Source of the DNA: a virus | Strand: one strand, 5' to 3' | Virus record (IMG/VR): IMGVR_UViG_3300040960_001746 | DNA length: 64,000 nucleotides | Shown here: positions 1 to 10,223 of the stretch, piece after piece | Layout of the letters: every line of letters starts with the position of its first letter | How positions within the stretch are numbered: the stretch's first letter is position 1 | Notes under the pieces: generated by a model | The model's database searches: none | What the model was told of the DNA's origin: nothing | The model's input: only the letters and a program-made list of their open reading frames with translations | Translations under genes and position numbers: made by a program

Positions 1-608
1 CAAGTATTTAATAAATTTTCTTGTATAAATTCTGGTTGATCAACTATAGAAGAAATAAAAACAGTTTTATCCATATCACCGTTTTCATCTAACCCATCAT
101 CAGTAAATGATAAACAATAACATACACTATGTTCCGCTTTTTTACCATACCTACTAATAAATCGTTTAGCGTCTATTGCTTTACCTGCAACTCTTTTTAT
201 TCTACCCAATGTACGAGGACCATATTTTAAAACTCTACCACCAACTCTAATAGTTGTTCTCCTACCTAAAACTAATTGTTCTAATTCTTCCATAGAAACT
301 TCATCTGAAGATAAAATAGACAATAAACCATCCTCATCAGTCGCATCCATATCTAATACTTCAATTTCAATTTCATCCCCAACTTTAACTGAAGAGTCAT
401 ATTCTTTTGCAACACTCAACTCAATATAATATTCATTTTCAGTAGTATTATTAACCTCCCCATCTGCAATAACAATAAATTTTTGTTTTTTTGTAGGTAC
501 ATCACCTTCTATGGGTGAAATTGCAATACCACCTTGTTCTAACAGATAGTCTATTGTTTTATTAATACTTTCTACTATCTTAAGAAATTTATCATTTTTT
601 TCTAACAT
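1..608 (-). CDS. Hypothetical protein, 3'-truncated by window edge; LxE-type leader and a NusA-NTD/S1-like internal segment
   Basis: Not in ORF track. Manual translation from ATG 608 (MLEKNDKFLKIVESINKTIDYLLEQGG...) appears open to position 1. ATATTTAT motif at 623-630 upstream. Confidence 0.8.
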   Translation of the reverse strand, partial: MLEKNDKFLKIVESINKTIDYLLEQGGIAISPIEGDVPTKKQKFIVIADGEVNNTTENEYYIELSVAKEYDSSVKVGDEIEIEVLDMDATDEDGLLSILSSDEVSMEELEQLVLGRRTTIRVGGRVLKYGPRTLGRIKRVAGKAIDAKRFISRYGKKAEHSVCYCLSFTDDGLDENGDMDKTVFISSIVDQPEFIQENLLNT

Positions 609-652
609 AATATCTTTTTTATATAAATATTAAGATATTAGTAAAATAACAA

Positions 653-835
653 TTAATCATTGTTTTTTGATTTGTTATTTTCGTTGATTAGTATTCTTCT
701 ACTATATGTAGGCATAATCATAATATCAGAATATGAGTAACCAAATCTAACTAGAAAATTTATCTCTTTGTGTAAATGTAATAGAAAATCAGAGTTCAGG
801 CCAGAAAAAATTCGATCCGAATCTAAGAAAGGTAT
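653..835 (-). CDS. Frameshifted C-terminal extension of tail-assembly chaperone (T4 gp51-like / gpT-like frame)
   Basis: The +1 frame overlapping the end of 789..1562 is open from 835 to TAA at 653: SGLNSDFLLHLHKEINFLVRFGYSYSDIMIMPTYSRRILINENNKSKNND. No ATG precedes the conserved part. U6C run at 804-810. Confidence 0.65.
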   Translation of the reverse strand: MPFLDSDRIFSGLNSDFLLHLHKEINFLVRFGYSYSDIMIMPTYSRRILINENNKSKNND

Positions 836-1562
836 CTAAGGACTCTCCCCCTTGAGTCCTTCCTTTTGTTTTAAAATCCATACCAGGTGTTATTTCGTCA
901 ATGTATTTTCTTAAAGATCTAGAATCTATAATGGGTAATTTTTTTAGTATGTTGGAAATTCTAATTTTATCTCTTTCACCATCAATAGATTTGACTTGTT
1001 GTTCTAATTTAAACATTAATCTATTAGATACACCCTCATTATTTCTTTTTTCTTCTTTCTTTTCTTTAAACTCTACTATTTCCTCATCTCTACCTGTTAA
1101 TAAAGTAAAAGTTACTTTTTTATTAGTTTTAGGTAAAGTGTACTCAAACTCACCTTTATCATCTGGTTTAACTGTTAATTTTTTTTGTTTTAAAGAACTT
1201 AAATCAATAGTACATTCTACAAATTCATTTTCTTCAGGATGAAAAACTAATTGTTTATATTCAGAACCAAAAGAAGTAACTCTCAAAAATAACATTATTG
1301 CGGTTCTATCACCGACTAATAAATCTTCAACACTAAAGTTTAAATCTTTGATTTTTCTTTTAAGTAATATATCTATCATTTTTCCACCACTAGAAATGTT
1401 AGGTGAAGTTAGAATTGATTCATCCATCGCAGTTAAATATTCTACTTTAACTGTCTTAATATTATTTCCATAAAGAATTCCTTGTGACGGTAATTCTAAA
1501 ATATCATACGGTGTCCTATACTCCTCTGGAATATAATCTGGACTTAATTGATTATCTGTCAT
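789..1562 (-). CDS. Tail/baseplate-hub assembly chaperone (T4 gp26-like)
   Basis: Two LP(S/K)...LT..DE repeats, GDR.AI..FLR, DSR.LRKY...PG, C-terminal FFWP; tail-module context. Confidence 0.75.
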   Translation of the reverse strand: MTDNQLSPDYIPEEYRTPYDILELPSQGILYGNNIKTVKVEYLTAMDESILTSPNISSGGKMIDILLKRKIKDLNFSVEDLLVGDRTAIMLFLRVTSFGSEYKQLVFHPEENEFVECTIDLSSLKQKKLTVKPDDKGEFEYTLPKTNKKVTFTLLTGRDEEIVEFKEKKEEKRNNEGVSNRLMFKLEQQVKSIDGERDKIRISNILKKLPIIDSRSLRKYIDEITPGMDFKTKGRTQGGESLDTFLRFGSNFFWPEL

Positions 1563-1613
1563 AACTAAATTATATAAAACTTTTTATAATTATAAATATT
1601 TAAAAATAATTTT

Positions 1614-3956
1614 TTAAAAATTACATAGATTTTTTTGTTTATCGTACCAATAGTTAAAAGCGTCATCCCAATCAGTAGTAAAATTATCTATTTGTGGAAA
1701 CACCGATTTGAATTGTTCATTAAATAAATCCCAGATCTGATAACTAGTCATGGTTTTTCTTTCAGGATTAGGCCTGAACATATATTGTATACCATCTTCA
1801 CCTGTTGTACATTCTAATTGTACAACTTCTTCTTTCCACAAATATTCCATTAAAGATTTAACAACAGAACTGTCTTTACCATTTTCTTGACACCAACTTT
1901 CGTAATCACTGCGTTCAAAGGCAACTTCCCCCTCATCCTCAAATTCCATTTTACAATATTCTAATATTACTTTAGTGTAAGTATTTTGCATAATATTTAT
2001 ACATTCTTCTACACTATTTGCAGAACCATATAATGCTGGATTAACTTCTTGCCAATTGATATAAACTTTACCTTTTTCATCGTTATTTAATGTTAAATAT
2101 CCAGCGTCATTAAATTTTCTTAATTCCTGTAATTTTACAGGTATATCGTTATTTTGATTTAAAGTTTCACAATTTCTTGTATTAAATGCATTAGTAACAT
2201 ATCCAAAAATATTATTTACCCTATCTGCAACACATTTAACATTTTGTTGTGTACAAGTTAATTTTATGAGACCCTTAATAGACCTTGGTTTACCATCTTT
2301 AAAAAGAATGCCAGGTAATTTACCCTCTTCTTTAATAGAATTTTTAACTAAATCTTCACCGCCTTCACCTAATTCATCTATTATAAATTCTACAATTTCT
2401 ACTTTTTCTATTAATTCGGTAAATTTACCTTTTAATTTTTCTTCAATTTGTTCTACTTTAGTTTCATCATTACACTCCATACAACATTCTTTTTGTTTTT
2501 CACCACAATCATCTTTATGACAACATTCCCAATTAGGACAAATTTTTTCAAGTTCCTCACAAATCTTAATAAGCATATCATCACCTAAACCTTTAACATT
2601 ATCCTGCATAGTATCAGTTAAACTTTCAATGTAATTGATTATGGCTTTAAGTGGTCCTGCCAAACATCTACCCATCTTAGTAAAATAAGTTTCTTCCTCA
2701 ACTGCGGCATCCTCACCAAACTCCTCTTTTCTTTTTTCTATTTGTTCAGGAGTAATCCAACTTTCTTTAAATAAAGGGCATATTACTGTATACAATAATG
2801 CACCACCTCCACCTATCGAATAAATCCAAAATTTAATTTTTCTAATTCTATTATTTGCAGTAGCCAGTTCTTTTATTTGTTTGATTGCCTCATCTAATGA
2901 TTCACCATCACTAAAATCTAAACCTTTTCTTTTAAGATAATTTTTATAGGCATCTAAATCTTTTTGATTTTTAAATTGTATTAAAAATATTTCTTCACTA
3001 TTAGGGTTTCTATAAATAATAGTTTTTCCCCAATCTAAATTTTTATTTTTTATTTTTTCTAAAGATATATCAACATTTTCTATATTTCTATTCACCAATT
3101 TATTTAATTTATTTTTAAAAGAACTTTCAACTATTTTATATGAAGGATTATCTCTAAACGCTTTTTGTATTTCTATATCTAAATTTTTGGTATCTAAACC
3201 TAAATCTTCTTTAATTCTTAACCAAGAATCATTTAAATCTTTAGCTAATTCAAAATCTAAATTTTCTAATCCGTCTAATTCTTTAAAGGAATTTTTTAAT
3301 TCATCAATTGACTCAACCCCATCTTTACCTATCAATGAAATAAAGGCATTTTTAGTGGTTTTTGATTGTCCTCCTACTAATCCCCAAGTATCAACTATTT
3401 TATTTAATTTTTCTAAATGTAAATTTATTAAATTAAGTTCCTTAATACCATTTCTCGCAATTTGTAATTGAGCTAAATTTTCCGGAGATAAAACATCTAA
3501 AAGTTCTGTAGGGTAACTTTGTCTTAACCCATTTAAATAATTTTCTATAGTGCCAATTTTAATATCAAAACCCTTTTCTAAAGAAATCTTTCTGATTAAA
3601 TCTGAAAAACTACTAACAAATTGTTTAGTTGATACTCTGAGTGAGCTAGCCGATGGTAATTCTGTTAATGCAGTTCTTAAATTAGAAGCACTTTGTATTT
3701 TTGTGAAGGCATTATCAAAATTATTTATAGTGTTATTAATGTTATCACTTTGTTTTTCTAATACTTTTATTTCATTACTATATTTTGCTAAATCAGTACT
3801 ACCAGCACTTCTTTTTGCTGCCTTTATTATCTCATCACCTATACCTTCATTAATTATATTTTTTATTTTATTGTGAGTCTCATTAAAAGTTAATCTTTTA
3901 TCCATTCTTTCCATTAAGAATTTAATTTCATTGATATTAAGATTTTTTCTTTTCAT
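1614..3956 (-). CDS. Large hypothetical protein, putative head-packaged/ejected protein with one TM segment and Cys-rich domain
   Basis: Leader with INE motifs; hydrophobic IKFWIYSIGGGGALLYTVICPLF; CPNWECCHKDDCGEKQKECCMEC. Confidence 0.55.
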   Translation of the reverse strand: MKRKNLNINEIKFLMERMDKRLTFNETHNKIKNIINEGIGDEIIKAAKRSAGSTDLAKYSNEIKVLEKQSDNINNTINNFDNAFTKIQSASNLRTALTELPSASSLRVSTKQFVSSFSDLIRKISLEKGFDIKIGTIENYLNGLRQSYPTELLDVLSPENLAQLQIARNGIKELNLINLHLEKLNKIVDTWGLVGGQSKTTKNAFISLIGKDGVESIDELKNSFKELDGLENLDFELAKDLNDSWLRIKEDLGLDTKNLDIEIQKAFRDNPSYKIVESSFKNKLNKLVNRNIENVDISLEKIKNKNLDWGKTIIYRNPNSEEIFLIQFKNQKDLDAYKNYLKRKGLDFSDGESLDEAIKQIKELATANNRIRKIKFWIYSIGGGGALLYTVICPLFKESWITPEQIEKRKEEFGEDAAVEEETYFTKMGRCLAGPLKAIINYIESLTDTMQDNVKGLGDDMLIKICEELEKICPNWECCHKDDCGEKQKECCMECNDETKVEQIEEKLKGKFTELIEKVEIVEFIIDELGEGGEDLVKNSIKEEGKLPGILFKDGKPRSIKGLIKLTCTQQNVKCVADRVNNIFGYVTNAFNTRNCETLNQNNDIPVKLQELRKFNDAGYLTLNNDEKGKVYINWQEVNPALYGSANSVEECINIMQNTYTKVILEYCKMEFEDEGEVAFERSDYESWCQENGKDSSVVKSLMEYLWKEEVVQLECTTGEDGIQYMFRPNPERKTMTSYQIWDLFNEQFKSVFPQIDNFTTDWDDAFNYWYDKQKNLCNF

Positions 3957-3969
3957 ATTATATTATTTT

Positions 3970-6900
3970 TTATACTGTAATTTTTGCAATTAAATCATCT
4001 AAACTAATTCCGCTAGTAAAACTAACACCTAATTTTTTTTCTAATACATCTTTTATTTTAGCACAATTACCACTTGAATCCTTCAATACCTCACCGTTTC
4101 CAGAATTTACACCTTCTGAAGACAATCCAGTATTAGAAGTTAAATCTACTTCACCGATAATAGGTATATCTACAAAAGTTTTTATACCTTTTTTATTTTC
4201 GTCCATTAGTTTAACAATAAATATATTAGTTAATTTAACATCACCATTACTATCAATAGTCCAATCACCCTCTAACTTAACATATGTTAATCCTACACCT
4301 ATTTCATTTGGAGTTTTAGTAGTATCGATACCCTTTTTTGAAACAATTAAATTTACATTTTTACCACCTATAGAAATAGTTTTTGTACATGCAATTGTAT
4401 CTGTTACTTTAAAATACATATTGAATACTTTCCCATCTACACCATCAAACAAATTAACTAAAAAATAGTTATTATCCCAACTACCTTTATCTTTTGCGTA
4501 TAAACCTAAAACACAATCACCACTTTTAGTATTTGGGGATTGGAATTTTAGTTTAGTGTTCGATAGGTATTTATTATAAATTACACCTAAATTAGTACCC
4601 GCACCTAAACATAAATCTTTACTATCTGGTTTCCTGATAATATATCCTTTATCCTGTAAAAAATTTTTCGCGTCATCTTCATTATCACAAACTTCATTTA
4701 TTAAATTACCATATAATCTTTCATTTGTAAATAAAGATTTAATTCTTTCTATTTCTTCATTTAATTTCATGTTTTTATTTATTTTTTCTTCTTTTATGTC
4801 GTTAGGATTTTCTTTTAAACCATTAATGAAATCGTTAATTTCTTCTTGATCCTCATCTGTTAAATTAATATCTCCTGTAACTAGTACCGCAGTTTTTTCT
4901 TTTTTAGATATTTTTGGTTTATCTTTACTGTCTAATTTTTTTATTGTTTCATCTATTAGTTTAACTATCTCTTCTGTTTTTGATGTTTTTACCATACTAG
5001 TAATCTCATCTAAAGAGGGTACCATAATATTTACTATAGGTTCGATATCTACTTTTTTATATCTTTTACCATTAATAATATCTAAAAATTTTTGATATAA
5101 ATCACCTAATTTATCTTTTACTTCACCATCTGTTTCTTTTCTTAATTTTATTAAAGGTTCTAAAACAGATAAAAATAATCGGTTTTCTTCTTCATAATCA
5201 CTTTCATTAACACCTAAAGAACCTATATACGAATCTACTTTTTCTTTATTAGATATTATGTCATTAAAATTTAAAAGTCTATCTTCATCGAAATTACCAC
5301 TACTACCTTTTTCACCAAAAACACCTAAAGGATCTAAACCATATTTTTCATATAAATTGTGTAATACCTTACCTAATTCGTCACTATATACATACATACC
5401 TAAGAAAATTGTACCTTGTATTACTGCCCCTCTAACACCTTTACTATATTTATTAGTCATTTTTAATAAATCACCACCAGACTCATCAAACAACCTTTTC
5501 ATATCATCAGGTTTTAATTCTTTAAACATTTTTTCTAAAATACCTTTATTTGGATTTGGTAAATCATTAATTTTTTTATCGATTTGATTTAAAAATTCTT
5601 TTCCACCACTGTTTTTAAGATTATTGTTGAATTTAGTAAATTCTTTATAAAGTTTTTTCTCTGCGGGAGTTAATCGATTAGTCCAATTTGCGATATCTCT
5701 TTCTAATTTAAATGCATTTTTAATTTTACCTGTATCATCAACATGTTTAGATATAATAGTGCCCAAATCATTTAATTTATTACTAAATTTAACACCACTT
5801 TTTGCGAGTGTTAAACCTTCTCCAATCCCAAACATACCTAATGCGGTTAAACCTGCGTTAAGTTTCCAACCTTCATCAGCTTCTATCACATAACCAATCG
5901 CACTAATAGCATCTACAATACCACTAACAACTGCACCTACAGGTCCGAATGCGTAAGCCGCAATAGAAACGATATCTAATATGCAATGCCAGTCAGTTAC
6001 ACAATCTTTAACCGCATCACCGATTCTTTCAGGATCATACCACTTTCTAGTGTCACTTACTTCCGCCCATTCATATAATTTCTTATTATGAATTACGTCC
6101 TCATTGTTTCTCGCACACATACAATATCCTTGATTACCTACCCAACCAATAGATTTAGTGTTACCCTTTTCTAATTTTCTCTCTGTGGGATATGTAAATA
6201 CACCCCCCCTATTTTGACAAACGTTCTTCCAAGAAAAAGTTTTATTATATTTTACAGGTGTGTCCACAAGTACTGCCGCACCACCAGAATAATCTCTTCT
6301 TTTTTCATATCTAACACCAGTACCATACACAACATCATCACACAATTGTTCTTCTTTTTGTGAACTTTGTCCCACAATAATTAAATTATGAATATTTATA
6401 ATTTCTAAAATATAAAATATTTGATTTATTTGTCTAACATCCATTAATGTGATATCATTAACCTCAAAACCTAAAGACTTAAGTTCTTTTTTTGCGGATT
6501 CTTCTTGAGTTTTAATTTTTTGATATTCCCTCCATCTAAATATAATGTTAGGATATTTAGAGTTAAGTTCATTTCTCTTCCTGTAGCAAGCATCAACCTC
6601 ACTCTGTGAATTATAGTTTTGGTAGGTGGTTGGTTTATTATCGTTAGAATCATAATTTTTGTATGGATTATCAACATATGTAGTACTAGCGACATATGTA
6701 GTACTAGCGACATTTACATTGTCATATTTATTTTTTATTGGTATAGGACATTCCCTTTTTAACTGCTTATATTTTTCTATATATTCAAAGTATTCTTTTT
6801 CTAAATCCTCATCTGATTCAAAATTAGTATAATACTTAGATATATCACGTTTTATCCAACCGCCAGTAATGGTACTGACTGGATCACGACCTACATCTAT

Positions 6901-7722
6901 GTTATCATAATTTTTAAAATATGACTGAATAGATTTTACTGCAAATCTTAAATCAATTAATAACGATTCTGGATTAATACAAGTTGATGATGATATTTGC
7001 CCTGATAATAATTTTTCTATATTATTTTGTATACTGATACTTTCATCATCAGTCCACCCAAAAGTACTCTTTAATGATCTTCTATTTTTTAACGCCTTTT
7101 TATAATTCTGATACTCACTACTGTTTCTTACATCACTCTGTATAATTTTGGCGTTAGTATAGTCTATTTGTGAGTAACCATCATACGTGGGATTTTTTTC
7201 TAACCACCCTTTAAACTCATCATCGATTTCTTTTTTTGTTCTTGAATCTATTAAATAAAATTTACCTAGTAAGTTCCAAGCGATTTTTATATAATCATTA
7301 TCATAATCTCCTGATGCATCTAAAGTACCAGAAAGATTATTCTTTTTTAATTCTTTTTCAACCTTTGACAATCTTTTTTCGTCATCACGTACCCAACGTC
7401 TAAATTTGTCACCCGATTTTTTATCTGTGATATTTTCTTTAAATTGTTTTTCTTTTTCTAATTTAATTGTTTGTTTTATTATATCAGGATCATCTTTACT
7501 TACTAAAAAATCTTTATCCATCATATTAGATGATGGATATTTTGGTGAAAATGTACCATCAGAATTTTTTTTATATATCATATTCTTTTGGACACTATCA
7601 TAATCAGACCACGCGGGGTGAGTCCACATACGAATGTGTGGATTCCACATAGGGGTAACCTTTTGTTCACTTAAAAAGACACGCCTATACTGAGATTCCG
7701 ATATGATTATTTTTTTACCCAT
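3970..7722 (-). CDS. Large putative head-packaged/ejected protein with pre-toxin TG-like hydrophobic segment; probable fusion of two genes
   Basis: Leader MGKKIIISESQYRRVFLSE; LDIVSIAAYAFGPVGAVVSGIVDAISAIGY..E; second leader MKLNEEIERIKSLFTNERLYGNLINE at internal ATG 4770. Confidence 0.55.
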   Translation of the reverse strand: MGKKIIISESQYRRVFLSEQKVTPMWNPHIRMWTHPAWSDYDSVQKNMIYKKNSDGTFSPKYPSSNMMDKDFLVSKDDPDIIKQTIKLEKEKQFKENITDKKSGDKFRRWVRDDEKRLSKVEKELKKNNLSGTLDASGDYDNDYIKIAWNLLGKFYLIDSRTKKEIDDEFKGWLEKNPTYDGYSQIDYTNAKIIQSDVRNSSEYQNYKKALKNRRSLKSTFGWTDDESISIQNNIEKLLSGQISSSTCINPESLLIDLRFAVKSIQSYFKNYDNIDVGRDPVSTITGGWIKRDISKYYTNFESDEDLEKEYFEYIEKYKQLKRECPIPIKNKYDNVNVASTTYVASTTYVDNPYKNYDSNDNKPTTYQNYNSQSEVDACYRKRNELNSKYPNIIFRWREYQKIKTQEESAKKELKSLGFEVNDITLMDVRQINQIFYILEIINIHNLIIVGQSSQKEEQLCDDVVYGTGVRYEKRRDYSGGAAVLVDTPVKYNKTFSWKNVCQNRGGVFTYPTERKLEKGNTKSIGWVGNQGYCMCARNNEDVIHNKKLYEWAEVSDTRKWYDPERIGDAVKDCVTDWHCILDIVSIAAYAFGPVGAVVSGIVDAISAIGYVIEADEGWKLNAGLTALGMFGIGEGLTLAKSGVKFSNKLNDLGTIISKHVDDTGKIKNAFKLERDIANWTNRLTPAEKKLYKEFTKFNNNLKNSGGKEFLNQIDKKINDLPNPNKGILEKMFKELKPDDMKRLFDESGGDLLKMTNKYSKGVRGAVIQGTIFLGMYVYSDELGKVLHNLYEKYGLDPLGVFGEKGSSGNFDEDRLLNFNDIISNKEKVDSYIGSLGVNESDYEEENRLFLSVLEPLIKLRKETDGEVKDKLGDLYQKFLDIINGKRYKKVDIEPIVNIMVPSLDEITSMVKTSKTEEIVKLIDETIKKLDSKDKPKISKKEKTAVLVTGDINLTDEDQEEINDFINGLKENPNDIKEEKINKNMKLNEEIERIKSLFTNERLYGNLINEVCDNEDDAKNFLQDKGYIIRKPDSKDLCLGAGTNLGVIYNKYLSNTKLKFQSPNTKSGDCVLGLYAKDKGSWDNNYFLVNLFDGVDGKVFNMYFKVTDTIACTKTISIGGKNVNLIVSKKGIDTTKTPNEIGVGLTYVKLEGDWTIDSNGDVKLTNIFIVKLMDENKKGIKTFVDIPIIGEVDLTSNTGLSSEGVNSGNGEVLKDSSGNCAKIKDVLEKKLGVSFTSGISLDDLIAKITV
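6674..6713. repeat. 18-bp tandem duplication (VASTTY x2)
   Basis: acatatgtagtactagcg repeated twice plus acat. Confidence 0.95.
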
Positions 7723-7725
7723 ATA

Positions 7726-8484
7726 TTAATTTACAGTAAATGAACCCATATCAATACCCTTAGTATTAATTCCTTTTTTGATAGTTATTTTTTTACCATC
7801 CAATCGCATTTGATCCATTATATAATCCCTTATTCTTGGGTTAAAATACTTATTCTTTCCTATACCACCTGATTTAGAACTATCAAATATTACCTCACCT
7901 TTCTTACCTCTAAACCTATATAGGTTACCCTTAACATTTTTAATGATCATTACAACTCTACCTTTATTATTTTTAATCTCAATTTTATCTTTATCTGCGA
8001 CCTCTTTAGGTTTTTCTATTTTTAATTCCAACCAATAAATTAACTGATCAGCCTCATCACCCGCCTTAAATATCCCTTCTTTTTGGAAAGTTTTATAATG
8101 TGTTTTTAAACACGATTCAATAGACTCAACGTCTTCAGGGTTTTCTCTTTTCCATTTTCGACTATCACCAGAACCCTCAACCTCTTTGTGTTTCTCTTTT
8201 ATGTGTTTTATACAACCTCTTTTATCTAAGTTAACTTTTTCTTCTGATTTATCAGTATTTTGTTCAGTTTCTTTTGATGTGTCAGTATTTTGTTCAGTTT
8301 CTTTTGATGTGTCAGTATTTTGTTCAGTTTCGGGTTTATCGCCTGTAACTGTGATACCCTCAAGTTCTTTTGTTTCTATTTCATTTTCTTCTTGTTCCAC
8401 AAGATTACCAAACATTCTTTCCTCAGTGAATAAGGACTTCATTCTGTTAAGTTCCTCATTAATGGTATTCAGTCTTTTTCTCAT
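7726..8484 (-). CDS. Hypothetical putative head-packaged protein with leader and 10-aa tandem repeat
   Basis: INEELNRMKSLFTEERMFGNLVEQE leader; ETEQNTDTSK repeats; ATATTTAT at 8502-8509. Confidence 0.6.
   Translation of the reverse strand: MRKRLNTINEELNRMKSLFTEERMFGNLVEQEENEIETKELEGITVTGDKPETEQNTDTSKETEQNTDTSKETEQNTDKSEEKVNLDKRGCIKHIKEKHKEVEGSGDSRKWKRENPEDVESIESCLKTHYKTFQKEGIFKAGDEADQLIYWLELKIEKPKEVADKDKIEIKNNKGRVVMIIKNVKGNLYRFRGKKGEVIFDSSKSGGIGKNKYFNPRIRDYIMDQMRLDGKKITIKKGINTKGIDMGSFTVN
8252..8331. repeat. 30-bp in-frame tandem repeat, ~2.7 copies
   Basis: tcagtattttgttcagtttcttttgatgtg period 30. Confidence 0.95.
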
Positions 8485-8574
8485 AATTTATGGTTTATTA
8501 TATAAATATACACAAATAACAAAAAATCCCTACCAAACTAATGATAAGGATTCTTTTATAAAATTAAATAATTT

Positions 8575-10155
8575 TTATGTTTTATGTTCATACAACCATA
8601 GTTTATTACCACAATCATATATTCTATATATTTTTCTATCGAACATAATTTGTTTTTCAGTTTTATTTTTATCAAAACCTTCTCTAACCAACCTATTTTT
8701 TTTAAAGTTTAATCTATGATACCTCATATCATTTTTTACATACCAATAATTAGGTTTTGTTTCGTGTATATATTTAAAACCTAAATTTTCATATAATCCA
8801 CCACTAAACCATCTATTATCAGAATATGATTTTACTATTTTAGGGTTAATCTTTTTTAAGAAATACTTAAATAATTTTGATGCCCCACCTATAACATTAT
8901 AATTTATTTTATTGGAAAATCTTATTAACTCCCATTCCTCACCATTACCAATTCCATTACGTTTACCAAAAGTCATTACCGATACCAATTCATCATTGTA
9001 TAACAAACCAAACTTTAATGTTGTATTTACATTACCTTGAAGATGATTTTCATCTAAAAATGTTTTACTAATAGAAGGACTAAGTTCAACAACATCACAC
9101 TTCCTACCATAAATTTTTTTATTGACAATATTAAGTCTATTTTTTAAAACAGATAAAACAATATCCTTTTTCCATAACCACTCATCTTCAAAAATATGTA
9201 TTAAATCAATACCATTCTCTCTACATAGTTTTGTTTTTTCTAAATGGTAATCTTTATTAATAAAAAGTTCATTGTGCCAATATAAACCATTAATTTCAAT
9301 ACCTATGTTGTGACTCGGTATAAACAAATCTATTTCTCTATTATCACCTTCTATTTTTTTATGTCTCTCAACATCAACTCCCCACTGTGTTAATATATCA
9401 TATAATTCATTTTCATATGAAGAAGATGATGACATACCAATAGGATTACAGTTTGTACATAATACATAATTATGTTTTTTTCGTTCCCTTAATAAATTTT
9501 GGGTAATTTCATAAGAATCATTACATTTATCACAATTAATAGTTAAGGATGTTAAATCATTTGAAATATTGGTAATGTCTAACTCTTCATATCTTTCATT
9601 TATTTTTTCTTTAAGTTTTTGTCTAAACACTTCAGATTTTGAATAATTGTCTACACCATAAAGATCCATACAAGTTTGTTTATACTTCTCAAAATTATTA
9701 TATCCTATATTACCATATTTTAATAATTTAGTATGTAACATTTTTTCTTTATTATTATAATTTTCGTCACCGTATTTTTCTTTTTTTGTATTCTTTTGTT
9801 TTTTAATGAAATCTTCAGTTTGTGTATAGTAATCTACACCATATTTTTTTTGGTTCGTATCTTTTATCCTTTTAACCATTTCAGTTTTATTACTATTGAA
9901 ACAAGAAAGTGAACAAAATTCATTATACCCCCTATCTAATCTATTACTGAATTTGGTTTTTTTCCCACAACTACAATTTGGTACTTCTGTTAGTTTATGA
10001 TAATAAAACCATATCTTTTCTTTAAAGGTAGACAAGTCATAAGATGAACAATAATTTATAATCTTATTATATTCGTCCACATGATTTTTTGAAAACCATT
10101 TCTCATTGGTTTTATATCCTGATTTATTATCTGTAGTGAAAAAAGAAAAATCCAT
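8575..10155 (-). mobile_element. Hef-like free-standing homing endonuclease (Zn ribbons, KYG repeats, VSR/DUF559-like nuclease, C-terminal Mom/GNAT-like domain)
   Basis: EIDLFIP...GIEINGLYWH...IHIFEDEW; ELIRF...GGASKL...SYSD.RW..G.LY..LGF; RIYDCG. Confidence 0.8.
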
Positions 10156-10223
10156 ATATCTTTATTTTTTATATAAATATACGAATTTTTTATTAGGATA
10201 AAAAGGTTATGTGAAAAAAAATT

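Noticed and set aside
8252-8331. 30-bp repeats as a possible CRISPR array
   Set aside because: Directly tandem with no unique spacers, in-frame in a CDS, and no cas genes.
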